Source of the DNA: Anthoceros angustus
Taxonomy: Eukaryota; Plantae; Anthocerotophyta
Length of the DNA: 64,000 nucleotides
Reading direction: 5' to 3'
NCBI GenBank assembly: GCA_010909165.1
Contig: VJWM01000126.1
Coordinates: forward strand, 186,001 to 250,000
The notes beneath the pieces are model-generated. The model saw only the letters and a program-made list of their open reading frames with translations, had not been told where the DNA came from and did no database searches. The first letter of the stretch is position 1. Every line of letters starts with the position of its first letter. This document shows, one piece after another, positions 1 through 11,615 of this stretch. The position numbers and the translations under genes are program-made.

Positions 1-464
1 AAAACCTGCGGAAGCTTCTAAAACCGGGATCCCGCAGCTGAGCTTATCCGCAAAGCCGAGGGGATGGATCCGCCTCTCTGAGAGTTTTCCCCGCTTCTCT
101 CAACCAGCTGCTTCAAGATCGGGAGCAAAGCCGTGCATCCTCCTCCCAAATTAGCATCATATCCCCGGGTTCCCTCACTTCCCCCGATCCGCAATTAGAC
201 ACCTGCAGGCGAGCGGCAGCGCAACTGTCTCCGTCTCTTGAATCACGCAGCGAAAGCAGAACCGGCAGTCGAGGAAGAGCGTGACAGCGCAGCGAGCGGC
301 AGGGCGCTCCGGACGCGGCGCGGGCAGGGGCGGAGGCGGCCTCGCGGGCAGGACAAGACACGACAAGGCCACAGTACACGGGTACAGCGCCCGGTCGTGA
401 AGCGCGAGTGGGAGAGAGAGCGCGCGGGCGCGGCGGTGGCAGGCGAGCGAGGCGAGGCAGCGGG

Positions 465-466
<2 letters not shown>

Positions 467-497
<31 letters not shown>

Positions 498-748
498 CTG
501 GCGGACTGGCAGGCAGGTTGCTCAAGGCGCTCAAGGTGAAGGCAAAGGCGAAGACAAGGAAGGCTCTGTGCAACAGTGTGCCAGTGAGTGCGCGAGTGTG
601 CGCTTCAGCGCGTGCGAGTGGTGGACGAGGAATGGCAAGAAGGGAAGGAAGGGAAGCCGGGGAGCAGGAAAGTGAGGAAGCAAGCGAAAGCTAGGAATGC
701 AGGAAGGAAGAAAGGCAGGAAGGCTGGCAGGAAGGAAGGAAGGAAGGA
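467..748. repeat. Low-complexity (AGGC)n microsatellite (467-498) followed by a GGAA/AGGA-rich tract
   Basis: About 8 consecutive AGGC units, then repeated GGAAGG/GCAGGAAGG words within a GC-rich stretch. Confidence 0.85.
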
Positions 749-1397
749 CACTAGCAATAGGAAACATTAATATATACTACATGTACAAGAATGCGCATCC
801 CCCAGCGTAGGCCTGTTGCTTAGTATCTAACAAAATGGTTTTGGCCTCTCCAGACTCAGACCAGGCCAGCCCTACGTCATCAGCTGTTAACTTTATCCTT
901 TATTTTGCTCGTGGCTGCATCACGTGGCTGCAGCCCTCGTCCTCGTCGCATCATGGTATGTATAACATAACGCCTCCCAGACTGGGCCACTGCCTGCCCT
1001 GACCTGCCGACCTGCCCTGCCCCCCAAACCGTGCCCGTATCATCACGACCGTCACTGATGCTGGTTGGTCACAGGCCTGGTTCGTGGTGGGGGCCGGTGC
1101 TGCCACCGCTTTCATACTACGGGGCTACTGTCCACTCGCCACGCGGCGCCCCAAGCTTCTCCTCTTTGCTCTTTTGTGCGCGAGACCACTTGTAAATCGA
1201 ATTGAATATTTTATGTATCTTCATATATCTCTCACTAATATGTTAGATTTATACTCATTATTTATATAAATTATTCGTAATCTAATTTATATATATTTTT
1301 AACTTTATTACTTTTTCATCAAAGTATTATCTACAAATCCATCCCTCATTTTCCATTTTCTTTTTTTGTACCACTTTATCCAATACCCTACGCACGT

Positions 1398-2071
1398 ATA
1401 CCTAGAGAATGCCTTACCTAGAGAACGTCTTACCTAGAGAACGCCTTACCTAGAGAACGCCTTACTTACTTACCTTACCGACTGCATGTATGTACATACT
1501 TGGATCAGTCTTGGATCGGTTCCTACATATTTGCCGTATCCTACGCTGCACCGTAGTATATATTAGAACACGTACAGCACTCTAAGTACCCCCTACAAAT
1601 TTTGTACTTGCTCGACAAAAGTACCCATCATTTTCCATATGCTTTCTTTATACCACTTAACCAAAGTTCGTATTTGTACGACGCCAGTAAGAATGGAGAA
1701 CGCCTTACCTAGAGAATGCCTTACATGGAGAATGCCTTACATGGAGAATGCCTTACCTGCATCGGTGAGTACATATGGAGAATCCCTTGTGTGGACCGTG
1801 TACGTGCATTTGCGTCTTCCGGAAAGGTTAGTACTTACCGGTGCAGGTACAAAGGCCAATGTAGACCTCCTCAACAAATTTGAAAAGAATGCATGGAGAA
1901 TGCCTTACATGCATCGGTGAGTACAAATGGAGAATCCCTTGCGTGGAGAACGCCTTACCTAAGCCTGCGAGTATGTACCGGTACGTGCATTTGCGTCTTT
2001 CGTAAAGGTTAGTACTTATCGCTGCAGGTACAATGGCCAATCCAGACCTCCTCAACAAATTTGAAAAGAAT
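1398..2071. repeat. 17-bp minisatellite (CCTAGAGAAYGCCTTAC) arrays plus a ~150-180 bp tandem duplication
   Basis: About 4 copies at 1398-1465 and about 4 at 1692-1757. The block ATGGAGAATGCCTTAC...CTCAACAAATTTGAAAAGAATG occurs twice (~1741-1890 and ~1893-2071). Confidence 0.85.
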
Positions 2072-2654
2072 GGTTGTTCAGGGCTGTGACAGGCCCTCGA
2101 CCTAACGACAAAGATTAGAGCAACTCTTGCTAGAATGCCTGCAGTGTCCTACACTCCTTGCAGAAGTGGGTCACGTTATTAAAGATGTGATTATCAAGCT
2201 CCTGCAAGGAGAATAGTATGGATCGGAGATGAATTTCCGTTATTTTTATGATCCCAACAACAAAGGCACTGGAATAGAGACTTCAAACGAGAAACGTGGG
2301 ACGTCATGAACAAACTTCAACTTGAAACTTGTAGCGGTATGCAATTCCTTGGGGATGGAAGCCACGTTGCGGACGCCACTTGTAACGTGCGCAAGCCGGT
2401 CACCGGTGCCAGGTGAGAGAGAAGCCGGTCTCCCTCCCGACGAGGTGGCGACAGCGTGGAACCGACGCGGGCTCGGGTCCTGCCAGCGAGGATAACGACG
2501 GCCGAGCATTCACAGGGCCGGGACGTCTACCTTCTCTTAAATCGTCCGCTCCCAAAGAAAAAGAGACAGGCCGACTACATCTGCTCCTGGGCTGCTGCAG
2601 TTGAGCTGCCACAGCAGGCGAGGTCAGGAAGAAGCTGGAACCTGAGAGTCCAAA

Positions 2655-5600
2655 GTCGGCTGCGCTCCCTTTTTGTTGTGGTCGGGGACAAGGGCCGACA
2701 TCAGGTGCAGTCTATCGGGCATTCTCTGCTTGCGTTTGGAATTTGCAGGTGGTGAATTCGCAGAATATGCTGTCGAAGTCTGTAGTGAAGGTCCCATCGG
2801 TGTTATGATGTTACGAGAAGGGACTTTTTCTGAGCAGGCTTTTGAGTGTGCTCTATCACCTGCTTTAGCTGTTCCGTTCAGCTGCCTCCTTTTCAAGTGA
2901 GGTATTGTGCCTGTTCTTACGTTCCTTGCTGGCCAATTTCAGTCACGAGCAATAACGGGTCAAGCAGGTGAAAAAATGAAGAAGACAGGACACTTGGTCG
3001 ATGCAGAGGATGAAGAATCCTCTGTTCTTTTCATGGCATGGGCAAGCATTCGGCACTGCTATTATGCTGAAAACCGCAATATCCTTGGCCGAACGTTCAG
3101 CATGTGCGTTCAGGTAAAAGTGGTCAGTTCTTGCTCTGTATGTCTAGCTAGCTGCTCATGAGCTGACACTTTTAGTATGTATAGTGATCAGTCTCATTTA
3201 GCAGAAAGCAAGCCCCTGTTAGCTCAAAGATCGGAATATGTAACGACTCACCAAGGTGCCTACTGGTTGTGACAGGCTACCGCAGTGATAACGTTTCTCG
3301 ATGCAGTCTCGGAGAAGACTTTGAGAAGAACGGTTGCATTAACTGCTGCAAGCGGCCGTGGCAAGTCTGCTGCACTAGGAGTTGCAGTGGCTGGGGCAGT
3401 TGCTCTCGGGTTTGGTTCTTTAATAGCTTATTTGGGCGTAGCTAGTAGGGAATGCAAACGTAAAAACACTCAGTTTCTATATCTAATCTTGTTTTCGCTG
3501 GAACAGATACAGAAATATATTTGTCACAGCTCCTGGCCCTGAGAATTTGAAGACACACTTTGAGTTTGTCGTCAAGAGCGTTGATGCCCTTGAGTATAAG
3601 GTGAGAGAACTATGGGTATTCAAACTTCCCAAGTTAGTGATTCTTGTGGTGGTAACCGGAGAGGATCAGAATGATTTATTGCTCTCCATGTAGCTTCTCA
3701 TACTCCTCCTCCCCATGTAGCTTCTCATACTCCTCCTCCCTTAGAATTTATAGAGGCGCACGTTGACTACGAGTTGGTGGAAAGTACAAATCCTGCGTTC
3801 AACAAGGCCATTGTCAAGGTTAATGTTTTTCGTCAACACCGCCTCCGCCAGACAATTCGAGTACGTGCTAGAGATAACTGTTTCCACTGCGGTGTTCATT
3901 AAGAGATGGATTCACTCCTTTGCTTTTAGCTCAGGCGTCTTAGGGCAGTGAACCTATGTTTCTGCAGTACATTCAGCCACAGGATCATGCAAAGCTATCT
4001 CAAGCTGAGTTGTTAGTAATAGATGAAGCTGCAGCTATCCCTTTTCCAATTGTACAGGCCTTGCTAGGGCCATATCTGGTATGGGTATTGCCAGTTTGCC
4101 TCATTCTGATCTATTTTTATTATACTAAATTTCTCAGATACCAAATTTGGTTGCCCGTACGACTGGCTCTTGTTGAAGATATGAGATTGCAGATACGAAG
4201 GAACTGGCTGGTCACTGTCGTCGAAGCTCATTCAGCAACTTCGGAAACAGGGACAGACACTTGCTGATGGTGAGGCCCTGTCTGGTCTGCTCTGAACCTC
4301 ACCAAACATATTCAGGATGGTCATGGCAGTCGTTCCTACAAAACCATTCTTATTGTCATTCTGCTTGCAGGAAGGGTATTTAAGGAGGCGCAGTTAGCTG
4401 AGCCTATCAGATATGCAGCTGGTGATCCAATTGAAGCATGGTTGCATGGAGTCCTCTGTTTGGATTCCTCCAACCGCATTTTTAATATTAAGGGCAGGTG
4501 GGAATTACTGCTCGCTCTTCTTGCTGCCTTGTGTTGGGAGAGGCGACTTGCAAGGCTTACACAGAGCTCACATGCCGACTGTTGGGTAGTATCTCATCAG
4601 AGAACTCTAACAAGTGGAATACTCTTTGAGTGCCCTCCAGATTGCCACACCCAAGGGAATGCCAACTGTACCACGTGAATCGTGATACACTTCTTTCGTA
4701 CAACAAGGCTAGTGAGGTTTTCCTCCAAGTTTGTGTTTGTGACAGCGACTGGTGGCACTCCTTGTCGCCTCGAACTACAAATATACGCCAGATGACTCGC
4801 AGTAGATGGCAGATGCCCCTACTCACCATCTTTTTGTTATTTTGGGCTTGTGTTCTTTCAAATTTATTGAATGGTGGCATGTAAATGTCTACTTGTTGCG
4901 AGCTTGCTCAAAGTTTCAAAAGCAGTTGACACTTGCTGGATATTTAGGTCCGGTGGATGAATCAAGAGGCCATCTCCCAGACATGTTGTGTACACTCCAG
5001 GTTCCTGTTGTGGTGGTTGGATGTTGGATTTCACACTTTCTTGAAAGCTGGTTGCCATGGTTTTGATACTTGATGGTCGGATCACTTGGACATTCAGGCT
5101 TTTCTAGAACAATCAGTCAGAACTTTGGAGATTGAGTTTCCGGGGCTTTCAGGTGCCCGGATTGTTTGGATTGCTGTTCATTTGAGGGTGAGTTGAAACT
5201 GAGGTTTATACTTGTTAGTATAACTTGTGGCAGAGTTCACTCATTGTTGCCTTCATTTGTGTGCAGGCTGGGTCTGGCTCCGTTGCTGTTGATCTTACGA
5301 GGTAAGATGGCCTAAAAGTATTGTCAACTGGAGGTGTTAACTTGCAGATGAAAAGGCTAACTGTGTGGCTTCATTTCACAGATACTTTGAGGGTGGGATG
5401 ACAGATCTGAAGAAGATGGAGGAAGATGTGGCTGAAGTCGTCATTGGTCCTGTAAAAGTGACAGAGGCGGCGGTCAAGGTCAGGCACTGTGTCTTGGTGT
5501 TTAGGCATATTGCTCGTTGAACTTCATACTGAACGTTGCGGTCTTGCAGTCGTGATATGTTGGCACTTCTGAGTTTGTGACAGTTGATGACGTATTCTGT

Positions 5601-5987
5601 GTCTTTACGCTGGATTATTCCAGGAATTACTGCGCAAAGAACGGATAAAGCAAGGAAAAACTTGCCTCCTTTGCTAGTTGGCTTGAATGAACGGAAACCT
5701 GGGAAACTCCACAACCTTGGTGCCTCATTTGGATTGACTCAGTCTGTTTAAGAGTTTTGGAGAAAACTCAAATGTGTTCCTCTTCCTATCTGCCAAATGG
5801 CTGTGAGTCTCTATCAAAATATTTGCAAATGCTTTTTGGGGTTGGGTCTCAAAGTAATGTGCCTTACAGAAGAAGTTGGATTTTCAGAGTGAAATTACAG
5901 GAGAACATAGATGTATTCTATTCAAAGCTTTGCAGAGCGATGACGTCGACACAAGCACAAACCCTGGTGGTTGGCTTCAGCCTTGCA
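2655..5987 (+). pseudogene. NAT10: RNA cytidine acetyltransferase (NAT10/Kre33 family) pseudogene, multi-exon, 5'- and 3'-truncated
   Basis: Exon peptides RSLFVVVGDKGRHQ, TAASGRGKSAALG (P-loop), LSQAELLVIDEAAAIP, YEGTGWSLSSKLIQQLR, ECQLYHVNRDTLLSYNKASE and MADAPTHHLF occur in correct order with GT-AG introns. In-frame stops at 2806 (TGA in place of W) and 4803 (TAG). Conserved Arg residues are lost and segments are missing. Confidence 0.9.
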
Positions 5988-6157
5988 CTCCTGGTTTGCT
6001 CTCTTGACAACCCATAAGACTTGGTCATCCAAGTTGTAGTCATGCATCGAAGTCTGTAAGTTATGCCTTCGTGTCTTGACGTGTCTGCAAGGCTGGACAC
6101 GCCTTCATGCCCCTGTTATAGATGGCTGTTGAATCCATACGTCCGGTGCAATCGATC

Positions 6158-6380
6158 TCCGCTTCCAACACATTGATGTTGGCTGGTTCATGCAGTGTGG
6201 AGTGAGGCTCTTCCTTCGGAGAGTAAAAGGTACCTCGCAGAGGATGTTGAAATCTGTACTGCCCCTGCCCCTGTCGCTGCCAGGTTCCATGGCGCTTAGG
6301 GACCTGTATTAAGTTAGGAGCATGAGCAATTCCTACCACATATTCAGAGATGTCATGGCACATCGCAAGAGGATTCTGTG
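6158..6380. repeat. Diverged ~220-bp direct repeat, copy 1 (copy 2 at ~11616-11853)
   Basis: TCCGCTTCCAACACATT...GAGGATGTTGAAA..TGTACTGCCC...TTCCTACCACATAT...CATG(G/A)CACATC is colinear in both places. Confidence 0.8.
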
Positions 6381-6538
6381 CGTGCTCCTGCACCTGTGAC
6401 CGTTACAGTGGCTTGCTGATGATCAAACCTTAGTAAAGCACGCGCACTGTCAAATGGCTTTGCTTGGTGGTTCCAAGCTTCTGTCCATCACGCCTCCTGC
6501 TGCTGGAGGTGTTCATCTTGTATCCTTAGGCTCGGGCC

Positions 6539-9500
6539 GTGCTCCTGCGAGCTATGACTGTCGGGAGCGGTGCAATCCAGTCAAGCAAATGGCAGAAGGG
6601 CCCGTGCTGGGGACAGTCTTCATGGCCTCAACAAAGTGGTGGGTTAGCGGGTATGGGAGATCCCGCTTGCTTGATTTCAAGGAACCTGCCGTTGACCCTC
6701 AACCAAGTCGAGACGTGCATCACCTTTGGAATGAAGGTTGCTGCTCTGGATATGGATGTGGATATGGAGATGGGTCCTTACAGGAGCTTGCCGGATGATC
6801 CTGGCCGTTCAGGTTATGATATGGGCGTGACGGCGGAGACCGTGACCAGGCTATGTCTTGAGGGCCGTCTCACTGAATCTGTGGCAGCTTTGGAAGTTCT
6901 GGTTAACACAAGTCGTTGTATTTCCAAATCTCTGTTTTACACGGTCCTGAAGAAATGTGTAGTGAAGAAAGATTTGGTTCTGGGTAGCCGCATCCATGCT
7001 TTCACGGTGAGGAAGGGGTACCAGTCAGACACGTTCCTGGGCTTCCACATCCTGCGGATGTATGCCTCTCATGGCAGGTTGCAAGACGCGATGGATGTCT
7101 TTGATGTAGTGGCCAACCCAGATGCCTTCACGTGGTCTGCCATCATCTATGCTCATGTGAAACACGGACAAGACAAGCAGGCCATAGAACTGTATCATCG
7201 GATGCGCGGCTCTGGTGTGAAGCCGGATGGCCATGTATTTGTGGCAGCCCTTCAGGCCTGTGCCAGGGGATCAGACTTAAAAACTGGGCAACAGGTGCAT
7301 GCCGATGTATTGGCCAGTGGCGTTGAGCCTGACCTGTTTATCTCTAACTGCTTGCTGACCATGTATGCAAAATGTGGAAGCTTGGATGACGCTCAGAGAG
7401 TGTTTGACGGCCTAGGTGAAAAAGATGTGGTGACTTGGACTGCGATGGTAGCAGGATATTCCCAACATGGCATGGGCCAGGAGGCCCTTCGTCTCTACAG
7501 TGGGATGGAAGAAGAGGGCATTGCTGTGCCCAACTCTGTGACATTTATGTGCCTCCTGCAGGCATGTGCAAGTGTAGGCAAGCCAGCTTTGGAGAAGGGG
7601 AGGGAGCTTCATGCGCAAATTAACGAACGTGGATATCAAACTGATGTGTTTGTCGCTAACAGTTTGGTGAACATGTATGCAAAGTGTGGGAGCTTGGAGG
7701 ACGCAAAGAGAGTGTTTGACGGTCTTGGTCAAAAAAATGTGGTCACCTGGACTGCCATGATAGCAGGATATTCCCAGCAGGGCATGGGCCAGGAGGCTCT
7801 ACTTGTCTTCTGTGGTATGGAAGAAGAAGGCATCATTGTACCCGATGCCGTGACATTTGTGTGCCTCCTGCAGGCATGTGCATCAGTGGGCTCCCTAGCT
7901 TTGGAGAAGGGAAAGCATCTTCATGCGCAGATAGTAGAACAAGGACATCATTGTGACGTGTTTGTAGCCAACAGTTTAGTGACCATGTATGCTAAGTGTG
8001 GCAGCTTAGGGGATGCTCAGAGTGTGTTTGACGGACTCGGGCAAAAAGATGTGGTGACGTGGTCTGCCATGATAGCAGGATACTCCCAGCAGGGCATGGG
8101 CCAGGAAGCACTACGTCTTTACAGTCGGATGCAAGAAGAAGGCATTGCTGTAACCGATTCTGTGACGTTTGTGTGCCTCCTGCAGGCATGTGCAAGTGTG
8201 GGCACAGTTGCTTTGGAGGCGGGGAAGCAGCTTCACAAGCATATTATAGGACACGGACACGGAGCTGATGTGTTTGTAGCCAGCAGCCTGGTGAACATGT
8301 ATGCAAAGTGCGGAAGCTTGGAAGACGCTCAGAGTGTATTTGATGGACTTGGTCACAAAAATGTGGTGACATGGACTGCCATGATAGCAGCATATTCCCA
8401 GCACGGCATGGGACAGGAAGCCCTACGTCTCCACACTGTGATGCAAGAAGATGGCTTGGCTGTACCCAATTCTGTGACTTTTGTGTGCCTCCTGCAGGCC
8501 TGTGCAAGTGTTGGCACCATGGCATTGGCAAAGGGTAAGCAGCTTCATATGCACATCAGAGAAAAAGGGCTTCAAGCTGATGTATTTGTAGCTAGTAGTC
8601 TGATCCACATGTATGCAAAGTGTGGCAGCTTGGAAGACGCTCAGAAACTGTTTGACGAACTTGTTGAAAAAAATGAGGTGACATGGACTGCCATGATAGC
8701 AGGATATTCCCAGCAGGGAATGGGCCAAGAAGCCCTCCGTCTCTATGGTGCTATGCACAAAGGAGGTATGACTGTTCCCAATTGTGTGACATTTGTGTGC
8801 CTCCTGCAGGCATGTGCCAATGTGGGCACCCCTGCGTTGGAGACAGGGAAGCATATTCATGCGCAAATTAGAGAACAAGGACATCAAGCTGATGTGTACG
8901 TGGCCAACAGTTTAGTGAACATGTATGCAAAGTGTGGCAGCTTGGAAGATGCACGAAATGTGTTTGATGGGCTTGGTCACAAAGATGTGGTGACGTGGAC
9001 TGCCATGATAGCAGGATATTCTCAGCAGGGCATGGGGCAGGAAGCCCTTCGTATCTACGGCGCTATGCAAGATGAAGGCCTGGCTGTACCCAACTCCGTA
9101 ACCTTTGTGTGCCTTCTTCAGGCATGTGCAACTGTGGCAGCTTTGAATGTGGGAAGGCAGCTACATGCTCAGATTGTGGAACAAGGGCTACAAGCTGATG
9201 TGTCTGTGGCCGGCAGTTTGATTAACATGTATGGAAAGTCCGGGAGCATGGTTGATGCACAGCAGGTGTTTGATGCGTTGCCCGAAAAAGACATTGTTGC
9301 CTGGAATGCACTGATTGCAAGCTACACCTGTCATGGAGACAGTGAATTGGTCTTTGAATCGGTATACAGAATGAGCGAGGACGGCATACCGCCAGACGGC
9401 ATAACATTCCTTAGTGTACTAACAGTCTGCAGTCATGCTGGTGTTGTGAACAAGGGGCGGCAGTATTTCAAGTCCATGAGCAAGCAATATGGCATCACTC

Positions 9501-9874
9501 CATCGGAGGACCACTACACGTGCATGATTGATCTCCTTGGTCGTGCAGGACAACTGGATGAAGCACTGGCGTTAGCAATGACAATGCCTTTACTGCCTAA
9601 TGCTGCAGTTTGGCACACTCTGTTGGGTTCCTGCCGAAAGTGGAGCAACGTGGAGGTGGGGCATCATGCTTTCCATGAAGCAGTGACGCTCGACAAGAAA
9701 GATGCTGCAGCATACGTGATGATGTCGAACATATACATCGGTGCCCACATGTGGGAGCAGGCACAAAAGATGCAGGGTAGGCGGAAACGAATCAGGGCAT
9801 GGAAGCAGCCAGGTCAGAGCTGGTGGACAGACAAGGACGGAATGGTGCATAGCTTTTTAGTTGGGGATGTATGA
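6539..9874 (+). CDS. PLS-class pentatricopeptide repeat protein with E1/E2 and a truncated WW-type DYW N-terminus (organellar RNA-editing factor)
   Basis: 1111-codon ORF of P-L-S triplets, P2-L2-S2 (HYTCMIDLLGRAG), E1 (VWHTLLGSCR), E2, then PGQSWWTD...VHSFLVGD and stop. The true start is probably ATG 6454 (transit-peptide-like MALLGGSKLLSITPP, different frame), joined by an unresolved intron or frameshift. Confidence 0.95.
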   Translation: MLLRAMTVGSGAIQSSKWQKGPCWGQSSWPQQSGGLAGMGDPACLISRNLPLTLNQVETCITFGMKVAALDMDVDMEMGPYRSLPDDPGRSGYDMGVTAETVTRLCLEGRLTESVAALEVLVNTSRCISKSLFYTVLKKCVVKKDLVLGSRIHAFTVRKGYQSDTFLGFHILRMYASHGRLQDAMDVFDVVANPDAFTWSAIIYAHVKHGQDKQAIELYHRMRGSGVKPDGHVFVAALQACARGSDLKTGQQVHADVLASGVEPDLFISNCLLTMYAKCGSLDDAQRVFDGLGEKDVVTWTAMVAGYSQHGMGQEALRLYSGMEEEGIAVPNSVTFMCLLQACASVGKPALEKGRELHAQINERGYQTDVFVANSLVNMYAKCGSLEDAKRVFDGLGQKNVVTWTAMIAGYSQQGMGQEALLVFCGMEEEGIIVPDAVTFVCLLQACASVGSLALEKGKHLHAQIVEQGHHCDVFVANSLVTMYAKCGSLGDAQSVFDGLGQKDVVTWSAMIAGYSQQGMGQEALRLYSRMQEEGIAVTDSVTFVCLLQACASVGTVALEAGKQLHKHIIGHGHGADVFVASSLVNMYAKCGSLEDAQSVFDGLGHKNVVTWTAMIAAYSQHGMGQEALRLHTVMQEDGLAVPNSVTFVCLLQACASVGTMALAKGKQLHMHIREKGLQADVFVASSLIHMYAKCGSLEDAQKLFDELVEKNEVTWTAMIAGYSQQGMGQEALRLYGAMHKGGMTVPNCVTFVCLLQACANVGTPALETGKHIHAQIREQGHQADVYVANSLVNMYAKCGSLEDARNVFDGLGHKDVVTWTAMIAGYSQQGMGQEALRIYGAMQDEGLAVPNSVTFVCLLQACATVAALNVGRQLHAQIVEQGLQADVSVAGSLINMYGKSGSMVDAQQVFDALPEKDIVAWNALIASYTCHGDSELVFESVYRMSEDGIPPDGITFLSVLTVCSHAGVVNKGRQYFKSMSKQYGITPSEDHYTCMIDLLGRAGQLDEALALAMTMPLLPNAAVWHTLLGSCRKWSNVEVGHHAFHEAVTLDKKDAAAYVMMSNIYIGAHMWEQAQKMQGRRKRIRAWKQPGQSWWTDKDGMVHSFLVGDV

Positions 9875-9886
9875 GAAGCACCACCA

Positions 9887-10351
9887 GATGCAGGTAGGTG
9901 GACCGATGTAGACGGGATTGAAACACAGAGAAGGGCAGCAGGAGCTAACAAGAAACCTGGGGTGATGACTGTTGAGGTGGACAAGCAGGTACATCGATTT
10001 CTGGTGGGAAAAAGGAGAGAGGATGTTGCGCTTAAGGAAGAGACCACGAATGCACGTGTGAAGCAGGAAGGAGGTCACGTACCTCACACAAAGTTGGTGA
10101 AGCCTGTGTGTGAGAAGGAAAAGGAAGATGTGCTTTGTGGGCATGCTGAGAAGCTAGCTCCAGCGATTGGTCTGTTGAACACTCCAAGCAGTATACCTCT
10201 GGTGGTAACGAAGAATCTACGCATGTGCAGTGACTGCCACAATTTCACAGAGATTATGTCAAGGCTTGAACAGAGAGACATTGTTGTACGGGATGGGTAC
10301 CGTGTGCATCGACTTGCAGATGGTTGTTGCAGTTTGAAGGGTCGACCATGA
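9887..10351 (+). CDS. Detached E2 tail plus DYW:KP (GRP-type) deaminase-like module, in frame with the upstream PPR ORF
   Basis: DAGRWTDVDGIETQRRAAGANKKPG..EVDKQVHRFLVG..KPVCEK..CGHAEKLA..KNLRMCSDCH..DGCCSLKGRP*. Same frame as 6539-9874 and separated from it by a single TGA (9872-9874). Confidence 0.85.
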   Translation, partial: DAGRWTDVDGIETQRRAAGANKKPGVMTVEVDKQVHRFLVGKRREDVALKEETTNARVKQEGGHVPHTKLVKPVCEKEKEDVLCGHAEKLAPAIGLLNTPSSIPLVVTKNLRMCSDCHNFTEIMSRLEQRDIVVRDGYRVHRLADGCCSLKGRP

Positions 10352-10699
10352 GAATCATGAAGAAGTACCTAGTGCTCGAGTGTGTACTGAGCATGGACGT
10401 GGATGGCTGTCTCTGATCCTGGTACCTCTCATCATAACAGAGAATCCGAATCAAGCGGCGGGAGGATGACGCGCGGCGTCTGCCTCGTGTGGACTCGCTT
10501 GCGATCTGGCTCGGTCACGGAGACCAGGCATCGGGGGTGCAGGCCTGGAATTTGGCTCAGATCCGGTGGAATCGGCGTGGCAATTGCCGGATTGAGCTTG
10601 TAGCAGGATGAGAGCGGAGTTGCAAGTGTTTGCAACTTCTCGTTTTGTGGCCGTGGAAGCAGCTGCTAACCTGCAGGGCAGCAGGACCCGAGGATCGAT

Positions 10700-10757
10700 G
10701 CTGGGCTCAACATCTCCAGCTGGGCTCAACATCTCCAGCTGGGCTCAACATCTCCAG
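10700..10757. repeat. 19-bp tandem repeat x3
   Basis: GCTGGGCTCAACATCTCCA, three perfect copies. Confidence 0.95.
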
Positions 10758-10992
10758 GTCATTCCGTGAGAGAGTGGATCAAGGGTGGTGCTGCCTGCTA
10801 GTAGCTGTGGATGCGCATGGTGTCTCCAGTCAAGACAACTCCGACATCCTTTATTAACTTGCAACTCTACTCGCAGAGATGGAGGGCAGTTGAACAAACA
10901 GGATTCTGCACACAAGGATTACGGGTCCAAGACGGTATACGACCTAGGATTACGGTTCCAAGTGCATGTTGTTGTGACAGTGGGGAGATGTT

Positions 10993-11270
10993 GAGGCCAC
11001 GTACCTCACACAAAACTGGTGGTGAAGCCACTGTCTGAGAAGCAAAAAGAAGATGCGCTTTGTGGGCATGCTGAGAAGCTAGCTCTGGCGTTTGGTCTGT
11101 TGAAGACTCCGAGTGGGACACCTCTTGTGGTAACGAAGGATCTACGCATGTGCAGCGACTGTCACAGTTCCACGGAGCTCATGTCAAAGCTTGAACACAG
11201 AGACACCGTGGGGATGGGTACCGCGTGCTTCGATTCGCAGATGGTTGTTGCAGTTGTAATGGTCGACCAA
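10993..11270 (+). pseudogene. Second DYW:KP (GRP-type) domain fragment, 5'-truncated and frameshifted
   Basis: GHVPHTKLVVKPLSEKQKEDALCGHAEKLALAFGLL..RMCSDCH, frameshift near 11210, then DGYRVLRFADGCCSCNGRP with no stop after GRP. Confidence 0.9.
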
Positions 11271-11615
11271 AAGATAAATGGAGGACTACTCAGCTCAAGT
11301 GTGTACCAGAGACACTTGCATTCTCTTTTTGGGCTTGGTTAACTCCATCCCTGTCCAGATGGACACATGAGCATACCGTATTAAACTGCTCCACCTCTCG
11401 TCATAACAGAGAGCAACAAAATCCAATAAATCTCTCCTGTGAAATGTCTTAGACCGGTTTAATACGGATCGTAGAGACAGTCTGAAACCTTTGACCATGA
11501 ACGCTTCACACACCAGTCTGTCCAAAACTTCGCAATATAGCTGTTTAATTTTCCCTGGGATTCAAAGAAAAAACCAACTGCACCATCATCAAGGCGGTGC
11601 AATTGACCCTAATAA

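Noticed and set aside
113-770. Overlapping ORFs of 60-145 aa at the window start
   Set aside because: Products of GC-rich microsatellite sequence with no recognisable domain.
6061-6393. 110-aa minus-strand ORF in the 220-bp repeat as a small conserved gene
   Set aside because: The second copy has stops and frame-breaking indels, so there is no sign of coding constraint.
9845-9875. Self-editing of the UGA at 9872 to CGA by the locus's own U-to-C factors
   Set aside because: The upstream bases do not fit the predicted code of either PPR array (-4 is U where PPR1 needs A; -6 is G where both need U), and such editing is established only for organellar RNA.
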